From Octopus sinensis (Eukaryota): 64,000 bases of DNA. Location: assembly GCF_006345805.1 (NCBI RefSeq), contig NC_043003.1:37696001-37760000 (forward strand). The letters are read 5' to 3'. The translations under genes and the position numbers were made by a program. A model generated the notes under the pieces. The model made no database searches and was not told where the DNA came from. It was given only the letters and a program-made list of their open reading frames with translations. Of this stretch, positions 46,915 to 59,769 are shown one piece after another (the stretch's first letter is position 1; every line of letters starts with the position of its first letter).

Positions 46915-47130
46915 ATCCTTTCTACTAAAGGCACAAAGCTTGAAAATTTCAGGTAGGGTACTAGTTGATTACATCAATCACAGTGATTCCTTGGTGCCCT
47001 TTTTATCGACACCAAAAGGATAAAAGACAAAGTCATCTCAGCAGAATTTGAACTCAGAACATAGCAATGGATTTAGTATCACAAAGCATTTCATCCAGGA
47101 CGCTAATGATTCTGCCAGCTCACCACCTTA
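46915..47130 (-). mobile_element. SINE family C
   Basis: aatcctttctactaaaggcacaa...gaatttgaactcagaac...ctgccagctcaccacctt; a further partial copy lies at ~46735-46850. Confidence 0.8.
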
Positions 47131-47176
47131 ATAATAACAATGATAATTATTATGAGTTGGAAATGAAGCTTTAAAT

Positions 47177-47411
47177 CAGTAGTTCTCAACAATTTTTTGC
47201 CTATGGACCCCTTTAATTCCTATTTTACTGGATCCCCGTGTTAAAAATTATCCTATTATATTTTTATAAATAAATATTAGAAATTGTATAAAAAAATTGT
47301 TAAAATATTTTGTGTATTGTATGAGAAGTAAAACCAATTTATTGCTCATAAATTTTAACAAAATCTTATATGGACCCCAAGGGCCATATAGACCCTGGTT
47401 GAGAACCACTG
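47177..47411 (+). mobile_element. hAT/Charlie-type MITE family H
   Basis: TIRs cagtagttctcaac / gttgagaaccactg. Confidence 0.8.
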
Positions 47412-48900
47412 ATGTAAACAGTGAGCAACCCTAGGAAAGCAAAGTAAAAACATTATTATTAAACATCAGTAAACAAAACCTGTATAATAGGTACTACATT
47501 ATTTCAGTGTTAATTTGCTCTCTAATTATAATAGATACAGCTTAATATAAGACTAACGAGAAGACTCATAATTCACACCGAGTGTCACTTTGTTAACAAT
47601 GGAAAATTATTGATGTCTCTAAAACACATCAATGTCAAAAATACTTTTTTATCTATCAATTAGTTCCATTTCATAAATGGCATTGAACTGGTTGAGTTAA
47701 GAGTGTCGGATAGTTAACCATGTGAAATATGTTCCAGTTCTCTGCACTTCAAGTTCAAATGCTATCTAGGTCAACTTTCACCCTCTTGTCCTACTTCTTC
47801 TGATGCCATCCTCTATTTTTATTCACCCTCTCGGCCATGTTTCCTTTACTGCACGGTGACAACACAGAAAAGTGATGACTTTTTATTCTTGTGGAATACA
47901 AGATGGCTTCACTATTGCCAATATTATAATTAAATGCATTTGGTTAGTACATGCTTTTAAGTGGTTGGTGTCATGAAGGGCACTCATTTATAATAACCTT
48001 GCCAAAATGTAATGTACATTCAAGACATGGCCATTTGACCTGTCTGCTGTGTAGTAGTATCAGTCAGAGTAAGTACTGAGTGGTACTACTACAACATGTC
48101 CAATACATGACAGCATGGAAAGCAAACAGTGACGATGATGGAGGACTGGAAACAACATCACTTTTAATGATGTTGATGATATAGTGGTGATGACGATGAT
48201 ACTGATGATGGTGTGCAGAAATTAGTGCACAAAAAGTAAAGTCAATTTGCATTGTTAAAACTGTGCTTAAATGTTTCTTGAATTAGAAAGTAATTAATTG
48301 GCAGTTCATTAGTAAAATAATTAAATCAGACAGTAAGAAGTATCTTTGGCTAACCACATAGCCAATAAATAGATAAAATAAACATAATAATAATAATAAT
48401 AATAATAATAATCACAGACATAGCTATGTAATGAAGAAGTTCAGTTCACAACCATGTGGTTCCAGGTTCAATACACTCCATGGTATCCTGGGCCACACAG
48501 TGAAACTGAACCCCTTGTACAACACAGGATTGATTAATGTTTAAGAGTAGAATTTGGTAGACAGAAATTGTGTGGAAGTCCTTCATGTGTTGGCATACAC
48601 TATGAAGATGACCAAGAGCTAACTATAATTTTTAATCTGGAAATGATTTTATTAGTTACAAAATTATTCCCATAATCCCTTGCTACCTATTACAAAACAC
48701 CATTATCATCTCTTTAGTCAAAAGATGAGACCAAAATGGTTTTGAAACATTACTGGACTTAGAAACATTATTATTTGAAAGTATGGTCATCGCAGTCATC
48801 CATACATACAGGCATGACCATTACAGGTGCCAGTGCCATATAAAATGTACGTGTACCGATGCTGCATACATGCACCTGTGCTGGTGGTACTTAACCCTTT

Positions 48901-49210
48901 TTTTTTGTCGCCCTTTTCAAGACTAGCCAGGCTCATGGGTCCGGTTTCCCGGTTTCAGAGGCATATGTGTTCCCCCCAGCTGGATGGGATGCCAGTCCAT
49001 CGCAGCATTACTCAAGAAACAGGAAGAGAGAGTGAGAAAAAGTTGTAGTGAAAGAGTACAACAGGGGTCGCCACTACCCCCTGCCAGAGCCTCGTGGAGC
49101 TTTTAGGTATTTTCGCTCAATAAACACACACAATGCCTGGTCTAAGAATCGAAACCGCGATCTTCCAACCGTGAGTCCGCTGCCCTAACCACTGGGCCAT
49201 TGTGCCTCCA
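48901..49210 (-). mobile_element. tRNA-derived SINE with V-domain-like core and 13-bp TSD
   Basis: Minus: tggaggcacaatggcccagtggttaggg...ggtttcgattc; gcgatggactggcatcccatccag; poly(A); TSD tacttaacccttt at 48888-48900 and 49211-49223. Confidence 0.85.
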
Positions 49211-49217
49211 TACTTAA

Positions 49218-49436
49218 CCCTTTAGCATTCAGATTATTCTGTCAAGTATAATGTTTATTTATTTACATTGTTTTGAATTAATCACATATTATCTTATAGC
49301 TTTGAGATATCGATGATGTGGATGTCTATTTTAAAATGACATTGCAAAGTAAATCTCAGAGGCCAGGTCTGGCCAGTTTAAACACAAAACAGGTAGGATA
49401 TTTTAGCCGGATATGGCTAGTTTAAACACTTAAGGG
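49218..49436 (+). mobile_element. piggyBac-type MITE family F
   Basis: TTAA|ccctttagcatt ... aaggg|TTAA; inserted into a family B copy (48820-48890 plus 49441-49600). Confidence 0.8.
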
Positions 49437-50461
49437 TTAAAAAGCACCCAGCACACTTTGTAAAGTGGTTGGCATCAGGAAGGGCATCCAGCTGTAGAAA
49501 CCATGCCATGAGCCTGGACAGCTCCCCGGCTAGCCAACTCCTTTCAAACTGTCCAACCCATGCCAGCATGGAAAACAAACGTTAAATGCAGATGATGATG
49601 AAAAATCTTCAAGAAAAACATTAAATTCAAACATAGTTTGAGTTTAATATTAGTGTCCTCAGAATATAAATTTATGTGTTTCTGAGTCTGGATTTGTGTA
49701 TACTGGTGTAAATTGGTTATGCTGCATCTCATTATACAAATGGTAACTTAGTCATATGATAGCAAAAAGATTGATAAGATAAGTATCTAACTGAAATAAG
49801 TACTGTGATTTAATGTGGTCAACTAAAATCCCATAGAAAGTGTCATAGCATGGCTGCAGTCCAACAACAGTAACCAGCAAAAGAATAAAGGAATGATAAT
49901 GACAACGATAAAATAAAACCCTGTCTAAATATAGCTCGGTTTATTTCTAGTATTTGTGTAGCCAAATTATTCAACCTAGACATCCATTATTTAGGCCAGC
50001 CACACTAAGACTATGTAACAAACTATCATTGATGAACTGGTTAATTATATACAAATATCTCCTAAATAGTAATCTTTTAAGTACAGTAAATCTAGACAGT
50101 AATGTGGTGTCTGTTGATGATTCTACTGCAGATGTGACAGTCCTGTTTTGGACAGGTGAGTTAAAATTACAAACATCACAGGTATCATCAATTAAAAATC
50201 CAGACAAACCAGCAAGAGGAATGTTATGTAGCTACTGTTTAACCCCAGGTCAGTCCTGACAGGACAGACCACCAATAGTCAGAGGTTTTCTAGCCCTGAC
50301 CATCTTGCTTTTTTTTCCTAAGCACAGAAAATTTTTTATGGAATTCTGTAAAAGATGGTAGCCATCATTATCATTATTATTATCATCGTTTTTATATCTA
50401 TTTATTATTTTATGTGAGCATGGGTTGGATGAGACCTCTCCAACACAGCATCTCACAGCTT

Positions 50462-50782
50462 AGGGTAAAGACCCCTTTCGGTCATGAATAACCATGGGAT
50501 CGCACCTAGAAAGCTACCCTGAGGCACAAGTCCAGGCAAGATTGTTTATGGAAGACCAGCAATCACCCACCTCCACACCACCAATGTTAACCAAGAGAAA
50601 GGCAAAGGCCAATACAGTTTGGCACCAGTGACGTCGCAACTCATTTCTACAGCTGAGTGAACTGTAGCAACATGAAATAAAGTGTCTTGCTCAAGAACAA
50701 CACACAGTCTGGTCCAAGAATCAAACTCACTACCTCATGACTGTGAGCCCAATGATCTAACCACCGAGCCATGCACCTTCAC
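50462..50782 (-). mobile_element. SINE family D
   Basis: Reverse match to 24978-25325 and 61716-62032. Confidence 0.85.
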
Positions 50783-51084
50783 CCCACAACTTATTGCATT
50801 ACTTTGTCATCTCCTTCCTGGGGTTCAGCATCCTGTTCTCAGCTCTCTTTATTTCTGCTCACGTCTTCTTTGGTTTTTATCTTCTCCATGCATCTCCTGG
50901 CACTTGCTCACTCACTTACAGTACTCTCAACTCAAGTCAGGAATATACTTTGACCAGATTATCCAATTGGGACCTTTTACTTTTTGTTGACATTTTTGTT
51001 TTAAGATCATAGTTTGGTTTCAGGGAGAATTTAAATTTAGCTGCTGTTTTTAGCAAGTAATGTAATAATGTAGAGCTTCCTTCC

Positions 51085-51530
51085 ATCATCATCATTCAGT
51101 TGTCCATGTTCCAAGATAGCATGTATTGGATCAACATCTGCTTTTCCATACTTGCATAGGTTAGGTGGAATTTGTTGTGGCAGGTTTTCTACAGCTGGAT
51201 GACCTTTCCTGTTGCCAACCCTCACTTGTTTCCAAGCAAGGTAATATTTCCCCATAACCAGACTTGTTCTTTTTATGGGAGACTGGAAACAAACACTGCT
51301 TGTATGACAGTGATGCTCATTTACAACCATGATAGCAAGACAAAGGTACACACAAACAGAAAGGCACACGTGCACACACACACATGTATACATACATATC
51401 CTTCTTTCAGTTTCTGTCTACCACATCAACTCACAAGGTTTTGATCAGTTTGGAGCTACAGTTGGAGACACTTGCTCAAATTGTTGTGGCCACATGGTTT
51501 GGAAGCAGGCTTCTTAACCCCACAACTATT
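51085..51530 (-). mobile_element. Chimeric SINE (A head plus RTE-type tail)
   Basis: (cat)n tail, cagctggatgacctttcctgttgccaaccctcac, body, then A head cttctttcagtttctgtctacc. Confidence 0.65.
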
Positions 51531-51772
51531 CTGCACCTTTGTGCAATGCAAGTATCTTATAAACCCTGAAGGGCTGAAAGTGCTTATCTTTAGTTTCATG
51601 ACTTTAACCAGATAAAAGATAAATCTCTCCTAGGATAGGACACCAGTCTGTTGTAAGAATATAGCTGACAGAAAGGTTCAGTGAGGTTAGTAGAATTAAG
51701 AGGCACTTTCTAAATACGCAAGGAAGTGCTTGCAGCAATTTTAAACTCAGCTCCTATGAACTGGCATTTTAA

Positions 51773-51996
51773 CCCTTTAACATTCAGATTATTCGGTCAA
51801 ATGTATGGCTTATTTATTCACATTGCTTTGAATTAATCCTGCATTATCTCATAGTTTCAAGATTTCAATGGTGTGATTGTTTATTTTTAGAATGATATTG
51901 TAGGGTATGTGTGAGAGGCCAGATTTGGCTGGTTTTAACATAAAATATGCAGAATATTTAAACTGGCCAGATATAGCCACTTTAAATGCTAAATGG
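51773..51996 (+). mobile_element. piggyBac-type MITE family F
   Basis: TTAA|ccctttaacatt ... aatgctaaatgg|TTAA. Confidence 0.75.
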
Positions 51997-52095
51997 TTAA
52001 TACACAATGAAATGTGAGTGTGTGCGTGTGTGCGCGCACGCGCATGTGTGTATGTAACAATGATGATGATGATGATATATATATATATATATATA

Positions 52096-52150
<55 letters not shown>

Positions 52151-52699
52151 TAGACAGTGTGAAAAGGAAGAAGAAAGAGAATTGTTTTATTAGTTAAAGT
52201 AATCCTCAGGCAAAATCAGTGAGATACAGTTTATGACAAGCCTGGTCTTTCAAATTACAGGTATATAGTCTTGTGTGTATGGAATATCTATAGTAATATA
52301 TATATGACATACCATACATGAAAGCATTCTTAAAGAAATATTTAGATTAGGAAATCCTAGATAAGTTGGCATCTCAAAGATTATAGAGCCACTAGACTAA
52401 ATTTAGCAAAATAGATAAATACAAATTAAGTCCAAGCGTCAACATAATCAGTTTATTATTATAATCTCTTTAATTCAATAGTAAACAGTTAGACCAACAG
52501 ATAGCAAGCTGCAAGTATGTCAACAATGTAAACATAGCACTGTTGTTGTTGCTGCTATTGGAGACCAGAGTAAGATTAAAACATGTTCAGAGTTGTCTTC
52601 CACACTTACCAGAAAAATGAAAATATTTGTCATTGGCTAATTAAACATTTTTTTCTTCACATGTTTATTTTTGGTTCATTTTAAACTTTTAGCTGCTCC

Positions 52700-52832
52700 A
52701 TATGTTAAATCACTCAACACTAACTATTGGTCAACTGGAAACTATGGCAGAAGACACTGGCCCAAGGTGGTATGTTGTTGGATTAAGCCTGGGATCATGT
52801 GGTTGTGAATCCAATCTTGTAACCACACAGCT
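52700..52832 (-). mobile_element. SINE family A head, degenerate
   Basis: gaagacactggcccaaggtgg...catgtggttg. Confidence 0.6.
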
Positions 52833-52937
52833 AAGACATTTTGCTTCACATCTATATCTCCTAATATTACTTTGTAACCTAAGGCAGAATCATTACCATG
52901 CCAGGCAAAATGCTGAGTGGTATTTTGGCCATTGCTA

Positions 52938-53210
52938 GTCATCGTCATCATCATTTAAAGGCCATTTTCCATGCTGGCATGGGTTGGATGGTTTGACAGA
53001 GGTCTGGAGACAGTGGCTGCACCAGGCTCCAGTCTGATCTGGCAATGTTTCTACAACTGGATACCCTTCCTAACGCCAACCACTCCAAGAGTGTAGTGGG
53101 TGCTTTTTACATGCCACCAGCGCAGGAACCAGTCAGGCGGTCCTGGCACCAATCACATTCGGATAGTGCTTTTTATGTGTCACTGGCACAGGAGCCAGTC
53201 AGGGGGCATT
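52938..53210 (-). mobile_element. Family B repeat
   Basis: B core plus one to two repeat units; abuts a plus-strand family C fragment at 53210-53360. Confidence 0.85.
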
Positions 53211-53569
53211 GGCAATCTGAATTCAAATTCTGCCAAGGTCAACTTTACCTTTCATCTTTTCAGGGTTGAAAAATAAGTATCAATTGAACACTGGGGTCAA
53301 TGTCATCAACTAACCCCCTCCCCTGAACATGCTGGTCTCATGCCAAAATTTGAAACTAATATTACATTGTAACCAGGTACAAGTTTATAAAAACCTTTTA
53401 CACGACCCACTTGTCTATACTCTCTCTTATGCTCATCTTCTTCTACTTTGAGAATTTGCTCTGGCACTCCATCACTATCTTCTTTTATCTCCTTCCCACC
53501 CCTATATAATGTGGGGTAGCAATATATCTCTGCAACAGCAAGTCACTTGTGCCTGTCCCCTCAGTCATA

Positions 53570-53905
53570 ATAATAATAATGAAATTATTGTATACAGTGC
53601 TCAGATGCACCACAACTTGTCAAAAGTGCATATAAAGTATATGCAGTAATGTACAAATATCTGGAAAGTGAACAGTGTATGAGTCAGATACATTCATGCG
53701 TGTGTATGGAGGGGAGAAAATCAGGTGTAGTGTTGGTGAATCTCAGGAAGCATGGAAGTTTTGAAGGATGCAGTGCTCCGACAACTAACAACTGATGCCG
53801 GCAGTTTGTTCCATGCTTCAGCAACTCTTAGCATGAAAAAATGTTTCTGAAAGTCATGGGAGCTGTGCTGTTTTCTGACTTTGTAAACATGTTTACGGGT
53901 GTTAA
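53570..53905 (-). mobile_element. CR1/L2-like LINE 3' end
   Basis: Minus reads KHFFMLRVAEAWNKLPASVVSCRSTASFK, then UTR and (att)n tail; same family at 62600-62790 (+) and ~36150-36250 (+). Confidence 0.75.
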
Positions 53906-54029
53906 CCCCTCTCTCAAATACTCTACTTAGTAGCAGGAAGTTTTTCCTCTTTTTTTTTCACCCCCTGTTCCATTTCTGTCTTGCAAATTACTTGGCAACT
54001 TCACTTGTGCTGATGGCATGAAAAAAAAA

Positions 54030-54210
54030 AAACACCCAGTATACACTGTAAAACAATTGGCATTAAGAAGACCATCCAGCTGTAGAGATCATGCCAAGGC
54101 AGATAATGGAATTCAGCACAGCCCCACTGCTCACTGGACCCAGTCAAACTTTCCAACCCAAGCCAGCATAGAAAAGAGATGTTAAATGATGATGATGATG
54201 ATAACGATGA
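54030..54210 (+). mobile_element. Family B repeat, degenerate
   Basis: ttggcattaagaagaccatccagctgtagag...gttaaat(gat)n. Confidence 0.65.
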
Positions 54211-54274
54211 CTACATTTAATTGATCTTTGAAGTTTTCTGTAGACTTATACAAAAAATGTGATAAAAATATTCT

Positions 54275-54655
54275 CTTTTATTCTTTTACTTGTTTCAGTC
54301 ATTTGACTGCAGCCATGCTGGAGCACCACTTTTAGTCGAGCAAATTGACTCCAGGACTTATTCTTTGTAGGCCCAGTACTTATTCTATCAGTCTGTTTTG
54401 CCGAACCGCTACTTTACAGGGACGTAAACACACCAACATCGGTTATCAAGTGATGTTGGGGGGACAAACACAGACACATGAACATACACATATATACATA
54501 TACATATATACGATGGGCTTCTTTCAGTTTCCGTCTACCAAATCCACTCACAAGGCTTTGGTCAGCCCGAGGCTATAGTAGAAGACACTTGCCCAAGGTG
54601 CCACGCAGTGGGACTGAACCCAGAACCATGTGGTTGGTAAGCAAGCTACTCCTGC
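54275..54655 (-). mobile_element. SINE family A
   Basis: Full-length reverse match. Confidence 0.9.
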
Positions 54656-54957
54656 ACCTATATTCATCAATTTTCGTTCAGTTTATTCATTCATTTATTT
54701 ATAAATTGTATCTATTTATATGTAGTTAATTCATGACTTAAAATATTCAATTTTAGATTCCAAATTTGTAAAATGGAGATACTCTAATATAACAAAATTT
54801 CACAGGAGTATGTAAATTAGAAACTGATATTCAAATGGATATCAAAATTCAATTAGAAAAAAATATTTTTCATTTTTGTATTTGGTTTGTAAGATTCTTG
54901 ATGTGATCTCATGAATTGGAACAGATTTCGTTGTGTCTCAAGAGGGTCATTATGCTA

Positions 54958-55177
54958 ATAATGATTTCAAATTTTGGCACAAGGCCAGCAGGTTTGGGGG
55001 AGCAGGTATGTTGACTACATCAACCCCAGTGCTCAACTGGTACTTATTTTGTTGACTCCCAAAAGAATGAAAGGCAAGGTTGACTTCAGTGGAATTTGAA
55101 CTCAGAACATAAAGATGGACAAAATGCTGATAAGCATTTTGCCCAGAGTGCAAACGATTCTGCCATTTTCCACCTTA
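54958..55177 (-). mobile_element. SINE family C
   Basis: caattttggcacaaggccagc...ggaatttgaactcagaac...ttctgcc. Confidence 0.8.
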
Positions 55178-55220
55178 AATTATGCTTATAATTAACACAC
55201 ACATTTGTTTGATTCCACTT

Positions 55221-55479
55221 CTTTATTATTATTCGTCAATTGGTTAGCTATTAAACTAACGAGCTAATCAATTGTTTGATTAATCATTTCATCAATCAAT
55301 CATTCAGTTACATTTGTCAAAGAGTTTTTGTCCCCTTTCATGACCTCTTCAATGACACACCCTCTCTACTCCAGGTCAGCTTCAGACTTTAGCAAACAAA
55401 CGTGATTGATCAATTGATTAACCAGATGATTAATCAAACAATCAATTAGGTAATTGGTTGATGAATAATGATAATAAAG
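55221..55479. repeat. Inverted-repeat cassette rich in AATCAATT motifs (MITE-like)
   Basis: ctttattattattcgtcaatt...tgtttgattaatcat pairs with atgattaatcaaaca...gatgaataatgataataaag. Confidence 0.6.
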
Positions 55480-55664
55480 AAAGCAAGCTGAAACAGTGCA
55501 TGTGCATTAGTATAATGACCCTCCCAATTAAAAAATTGTTTTACAGAAATTATTAGTGATTTTTATATGGATCTCAGTTTAAAAAATACCTATATTGAAT
55601 TTTTATTTACTTGTGAAGCAGAAAATAATTGTTTCTGCATATTTCTATGTCTATATGTCTGAGA

Positions 55665-55719
55665 TTAACAAGATTATAAATGGTTAACAAGATTATGTAT
55701 GGTTAACAAGATTATAAAT
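55665..55719. repeat. 19-bp tandem repeat x3
   Basis: ttaacaagattataaatgg units. Confidence 0.8.
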
Positions 55720-56245
55720 ATTTGAAAATTGTTAATCTCATCCTTGCAGATGAAAGATTTTTTTTCTATATTTACTTAAATAGTGAAATATGTATATAAC
55801 CACAAGATTAGGTTAATTTAATCCTATTTTTCATCTCCAGCTTTAATTATGAAAATATTCTAATTTTATCAAATATTAAATTTAAAGAGATAGGGAAAAT
55901 AAAAAAAAATCTAAAAATTAACTTTAATTAAAATATCTGCCCTGACCTCAAACATTTTACTGGAATGTACTGAGAGTACTTATCAAAATCCCTGCCTCAA
56001 CTTCATATCCATTGGGATTTTGTTCAAATTTTAAAACTGAATAGTTAATATTCTCAATTTTAAGGGGATTATAATAAGGAAATGATTATAGTGATATTTA
56101 GGAGAAGGTTACTAAATCTGTTTTATATCTTCTTGTCTTTAATCCTTGTATGATAACTACATAGATGCTTGTATTGTTTCCTGGTCGATTTTTTTTTTTA
56201 ATCAAAATTAACTAACATGTCCTAATATTACTTAGCTAATTAACT

Positions 56246-56413
56246 GCAGGAGTGGCTGTGTGGTAAGTAGCTTGCTAACCAACCACATGGTTCCGGGTTC
56301 AGTCCCACTGCGTGACATCTTGGGCAAGTGTCTTCTGCTATAGCCCCGGGCCGACCAATGCCTTGTGAGTGGATTTGGTAGACGGAAACTGAAAGAAGCC
56401 TGTTGTATATATG

Positions 56414-56472
<59 letters not shown>

Positions 56473-56670
56473 TTGTGTTTGTCCCCCTAGCATTGCTTGA
56501 CAACCAATGCTGGTGTGTTTACATCCCCGTCACTTAGCGGTTTGGCAAAAGTGACCAATAGAATAAGTACTGGGCTTACAAAGAATAAGTCCCGGGGTCG
56601 ATTTGCTCGACTAAAAGCGATGCTCCAGCATGGCCACAGTCAAATGACTGAAACAAGTAAAAGAGAGTAA
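56246..56670 (+). mobile_element. SINE family A, young full-length
   Basis: gcaggagtggctgtgtggtaag...ccgggttcagtccc...gaaacaagtaaaagagag. Confidence 0.9.
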
Positions 56671-56689
56671 CCCTCAAACAGCAGACATC

Positions 56690-57258
56690 ATCAATTAGTG
56701 TTTTACTAGAGAACATTGGCAACCGACGTTTCAAAAATTTTACATGGATACACCAGTTGTCAATTAATGCCCATGTGTCTACTCGAAAGAGTCCAGAAGC
56801 TGGCTACCTGCATGGTTCTTGGTCTCAAGCATTTGTCTTATGAAGAAAGGCTGAAGATGCTCGACCTTTATTCTCTCAAAAAACACCACCGCCGTGGTGA
56901 TCTCATTCTCACTCACAACATCATAAGCGGAAAGTGTAACCTCTCGAAAGAGCTGTTCTTCACTCCTGCTCCAGAGTGTGGGCTGCTGGGTCACTCTGAA
57001 AAGCTCTATCTATGACAATTTCATCTCAGTCGAAGGAGAGGGTTTTCTCTGTCTGGATTGCGGATCCGTGAAATAAGCTGTCTGACGAGATAGTGAAGAT
57101 GCTGATGACCGCTCGGTTCAAAGTCTCTCTTGACCAGAAATGGCCTGAACTCTTTGTATGACCACCCTCCCTGTACATAACTCCCTGTCCCCCTACATAG
57201 CCTTGCTTTTGCTTTTTGAGCCAATAAAAATTGAATTGAATTGAAATGAATTGAAAAT
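56690..57258 (+). mobile_element. CR1/L2-like LINE 3' end
   Basis: LLERVQKLATCMVLGLKHLSYEERLKMLDLYSL...RRGDLILTHNII; (attga)n tail. Confidence 0.85.
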
Positions 57259-58235
57259 TCATCAATTGCACCTAAACATGCGTGGCCCTTATTGAAAGGA
57301 GAAATCAAATAGCAAATGGAATATTTACACACCAATGAAGGAAACTTTCATGACTTTCCATCATTATCATCAGATGATGATAATGACACCCTAGATAGCA
57401 CAGAAGAAAGTGATGCTTCAACAAGCTCTGGGTGGAAAAAAGTTAACCAAAATTTTTTTTCTCCATTTGTACATTCAACAACAATGTGAGAATCTCAAAT
57501 GAATTATTGCTCGAATTAATGAATTATTACATTTTATAACCTAAAAGAGTTAAAATACCATTTTCATATTTTTTGTTTTGTTGCTCATTTGGCACATGCA
57601 TTCATGCAAGTTTTTCCTGCCATTTAAGGGTTAAATATTGCAGTTGAAAAAAAAAAATCAAATAGATAATTTATTTTTAGTACCAGCATGCAGAGCTTGA
57701 ATTCAGATCTACAGCAAGCATTTTGTTATGCATTTGAACATGAATATATACAAGATCTCCTGGGAATATCACCTGCAAAAGATTATCATCCTAAACAATG
57801 GAAGAACTATCTCTTGGCCCTTTTGTTATTGTATTAATTTTGAGATGCTCTGTGTTTGTTCCAATTACTTTAAATATAACAAAGAATTTAGTAAAATATC
57901 TTAGTTATCTTTCAGCTAGTGTTAGGAACATAAATTGTGACTAAGGAAGGGGTTTTGTGCATGGTTTTCATAAGCACTGGTGAGGCCAGTTACATCGTCA
58001 TGTCATGAAAAATGCCAAGAAAAATCCAAGCCTTGTCTTCCCCTTGGACATGACTATATTTGGCATGGAGAAGGAGAGACCTGTATGCATAGGCAACAGC
58101 TAGTCTTCTACAGAAAAAAAAGCCCCAAAAATTCCCTCAGATCTGTGCATTGCAGACAAACATTTTAAGCAGGGAAACCAAAGGTATGCGATGACTAAAG
58201 AGAAACCATACATACATTATATATATATATAATAT

Positions 58236-58279
<44 letters not shown>

Positions 58280-59054
58280 CAGAGAAGGAGAGAGACAGAG
58301 ACAGAGACAGACAGATAGACAGACAAACAGATCATAAAAAGGAAGTAAGCAGTGATAATTGTCAACACACAAAAATATGAAAGCTACCCTACCTGCAAGT
58401 ATGTTCACATGAAACAAAACAGCAGCTTTTGAAATGAGCTGTTTTAATACAAACATCCCTTTTTTATAGGGTCCATAACACATAATTTAAACTAATTAAT
58501 CCTTCATAACCTATCAAGTAAGGAATTATGTATAGATTTACTGGACTTTATAAAATAAGAGGATAAGTAGAGATTAAGTGACTTCCGACTTCAATATCCT
58601 CCTAATTGTTTCCTTATTATAATCCTCTTTAGGGACACGTATTTTGATTTGCAAATCAAAATCTACAGGAATCCCTTAAATAAAATAAATGAAAATAAAT
58701 TCAAATACATTCCAAGGGTTTAATGTAAGATATTTGTCCATTTAAAACAATAGATATTTTTTAAATAATGAAGCATATTTCTCTACTTATAAATATATTG
58801 AATTTACCAAACTTTTACTACAATAAATGTAGAAAGTTTGTTTAGTAGAATCGGTAGAGTGATAGAAAAAAAAATGTGTTACAGCATTTGATTGCATGTC
58901 TTTATATTCTGAGATCAAAATCCCACCAAAGGCAATTTTGTTTTTCATCATTGTGGGACTGATATGTACCAGTTGAGTACAAGGGTCCATGAAGGCAACT
59001 ATACCCCTTCTCCCAAATTTGAGGCCTTCTGTCTACTTAGAAATCAGTATCTTT

Positions 59055-59270
59055 CTTGCACGAGTTTCAATCATTAGACTGTGGCCATGCTGAGGCACAA
59101 CCACCTTGAAAAAGATTTAGTTGAATGAATTGACCTCAGTATTTATTTTTTAAGCCTGGTACTTATTCTATCAGTCTCTTTTTGCCAAACCTCTAAGTTG
59201 TGGGGACATAAACACACCAACTCTGGTTGTCAAGTGGTGTTGGGAGATGAACAGACATGACGACACATAC
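59055..59270 (-). mobile_element. SINE family A tail half
   Basis: gactgtggccatgctgaggcac...ggggacataaacacacc. Confidence 0.75.
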
Positions 59271-59769
59271 ACACAAATATTTATATATATCTATATATAT
59301 ATAGATGTGTGTATATTTCCGTTGTTAACAATTAACACGGAAAAAATAGATAAATAGTTAATAGGCCTCTTTCAATTTACAATCATGATAAAGAAAAGAT
59401 TAATAGAAAATCATGTAAGGGGTGTAACTTTTAAGAATTTTATAAAAGAATTTACAAGTAGGTTCACTTGTAAATACCATTATCATTATTTGCTTGAGGG
59501 TAACCTACAAACAAGTTAAATAAAAGGTTAAGGATTACAAATATTACATTTATGTATTTATTTTGCAAGATTCCTGATGTGAAACCTTGTGTTGAAACAG
59601 ATATTGTTATAGTTTGGGATGGTCATTAAAAATTTTTTTTTTTGTCAGATAAACACATGTACTATATAATTATTCTTCATTTCAGCTTTATCATTCTTAT
59701 TTTTGTGTCCTTTGCCTGATAGAAAGACAGAACGGACTAAACAGAACAGGATAAGACATGGGATTTAGA

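Noticed and set aside
49954-50259. Overlapping ORFs on both strands and a strong plus-strand donor (cag|gtgagt at ~50155)
   Set aside because: No recognisable protein similarity and no partner exons; cannot support a plus-strand gene.
57980-58168. Cys/His-containing 62-aa ORF (PCLPLGHDYIWHGEGETC)
   Set aside because: Too short and unrecognised; may be a decayed transposon fragment and would need a tBLASTn/HMM search.
58393-58483. Alternative first-exon candidate (FVLKQLISKAAVLFHVNILAG|gt) with GAREM exon-1-like spacing
   Set aside because: Lacks the conserved W and LP residues, the donor is weak (GTAGGG), and there is no CpG enrichment.
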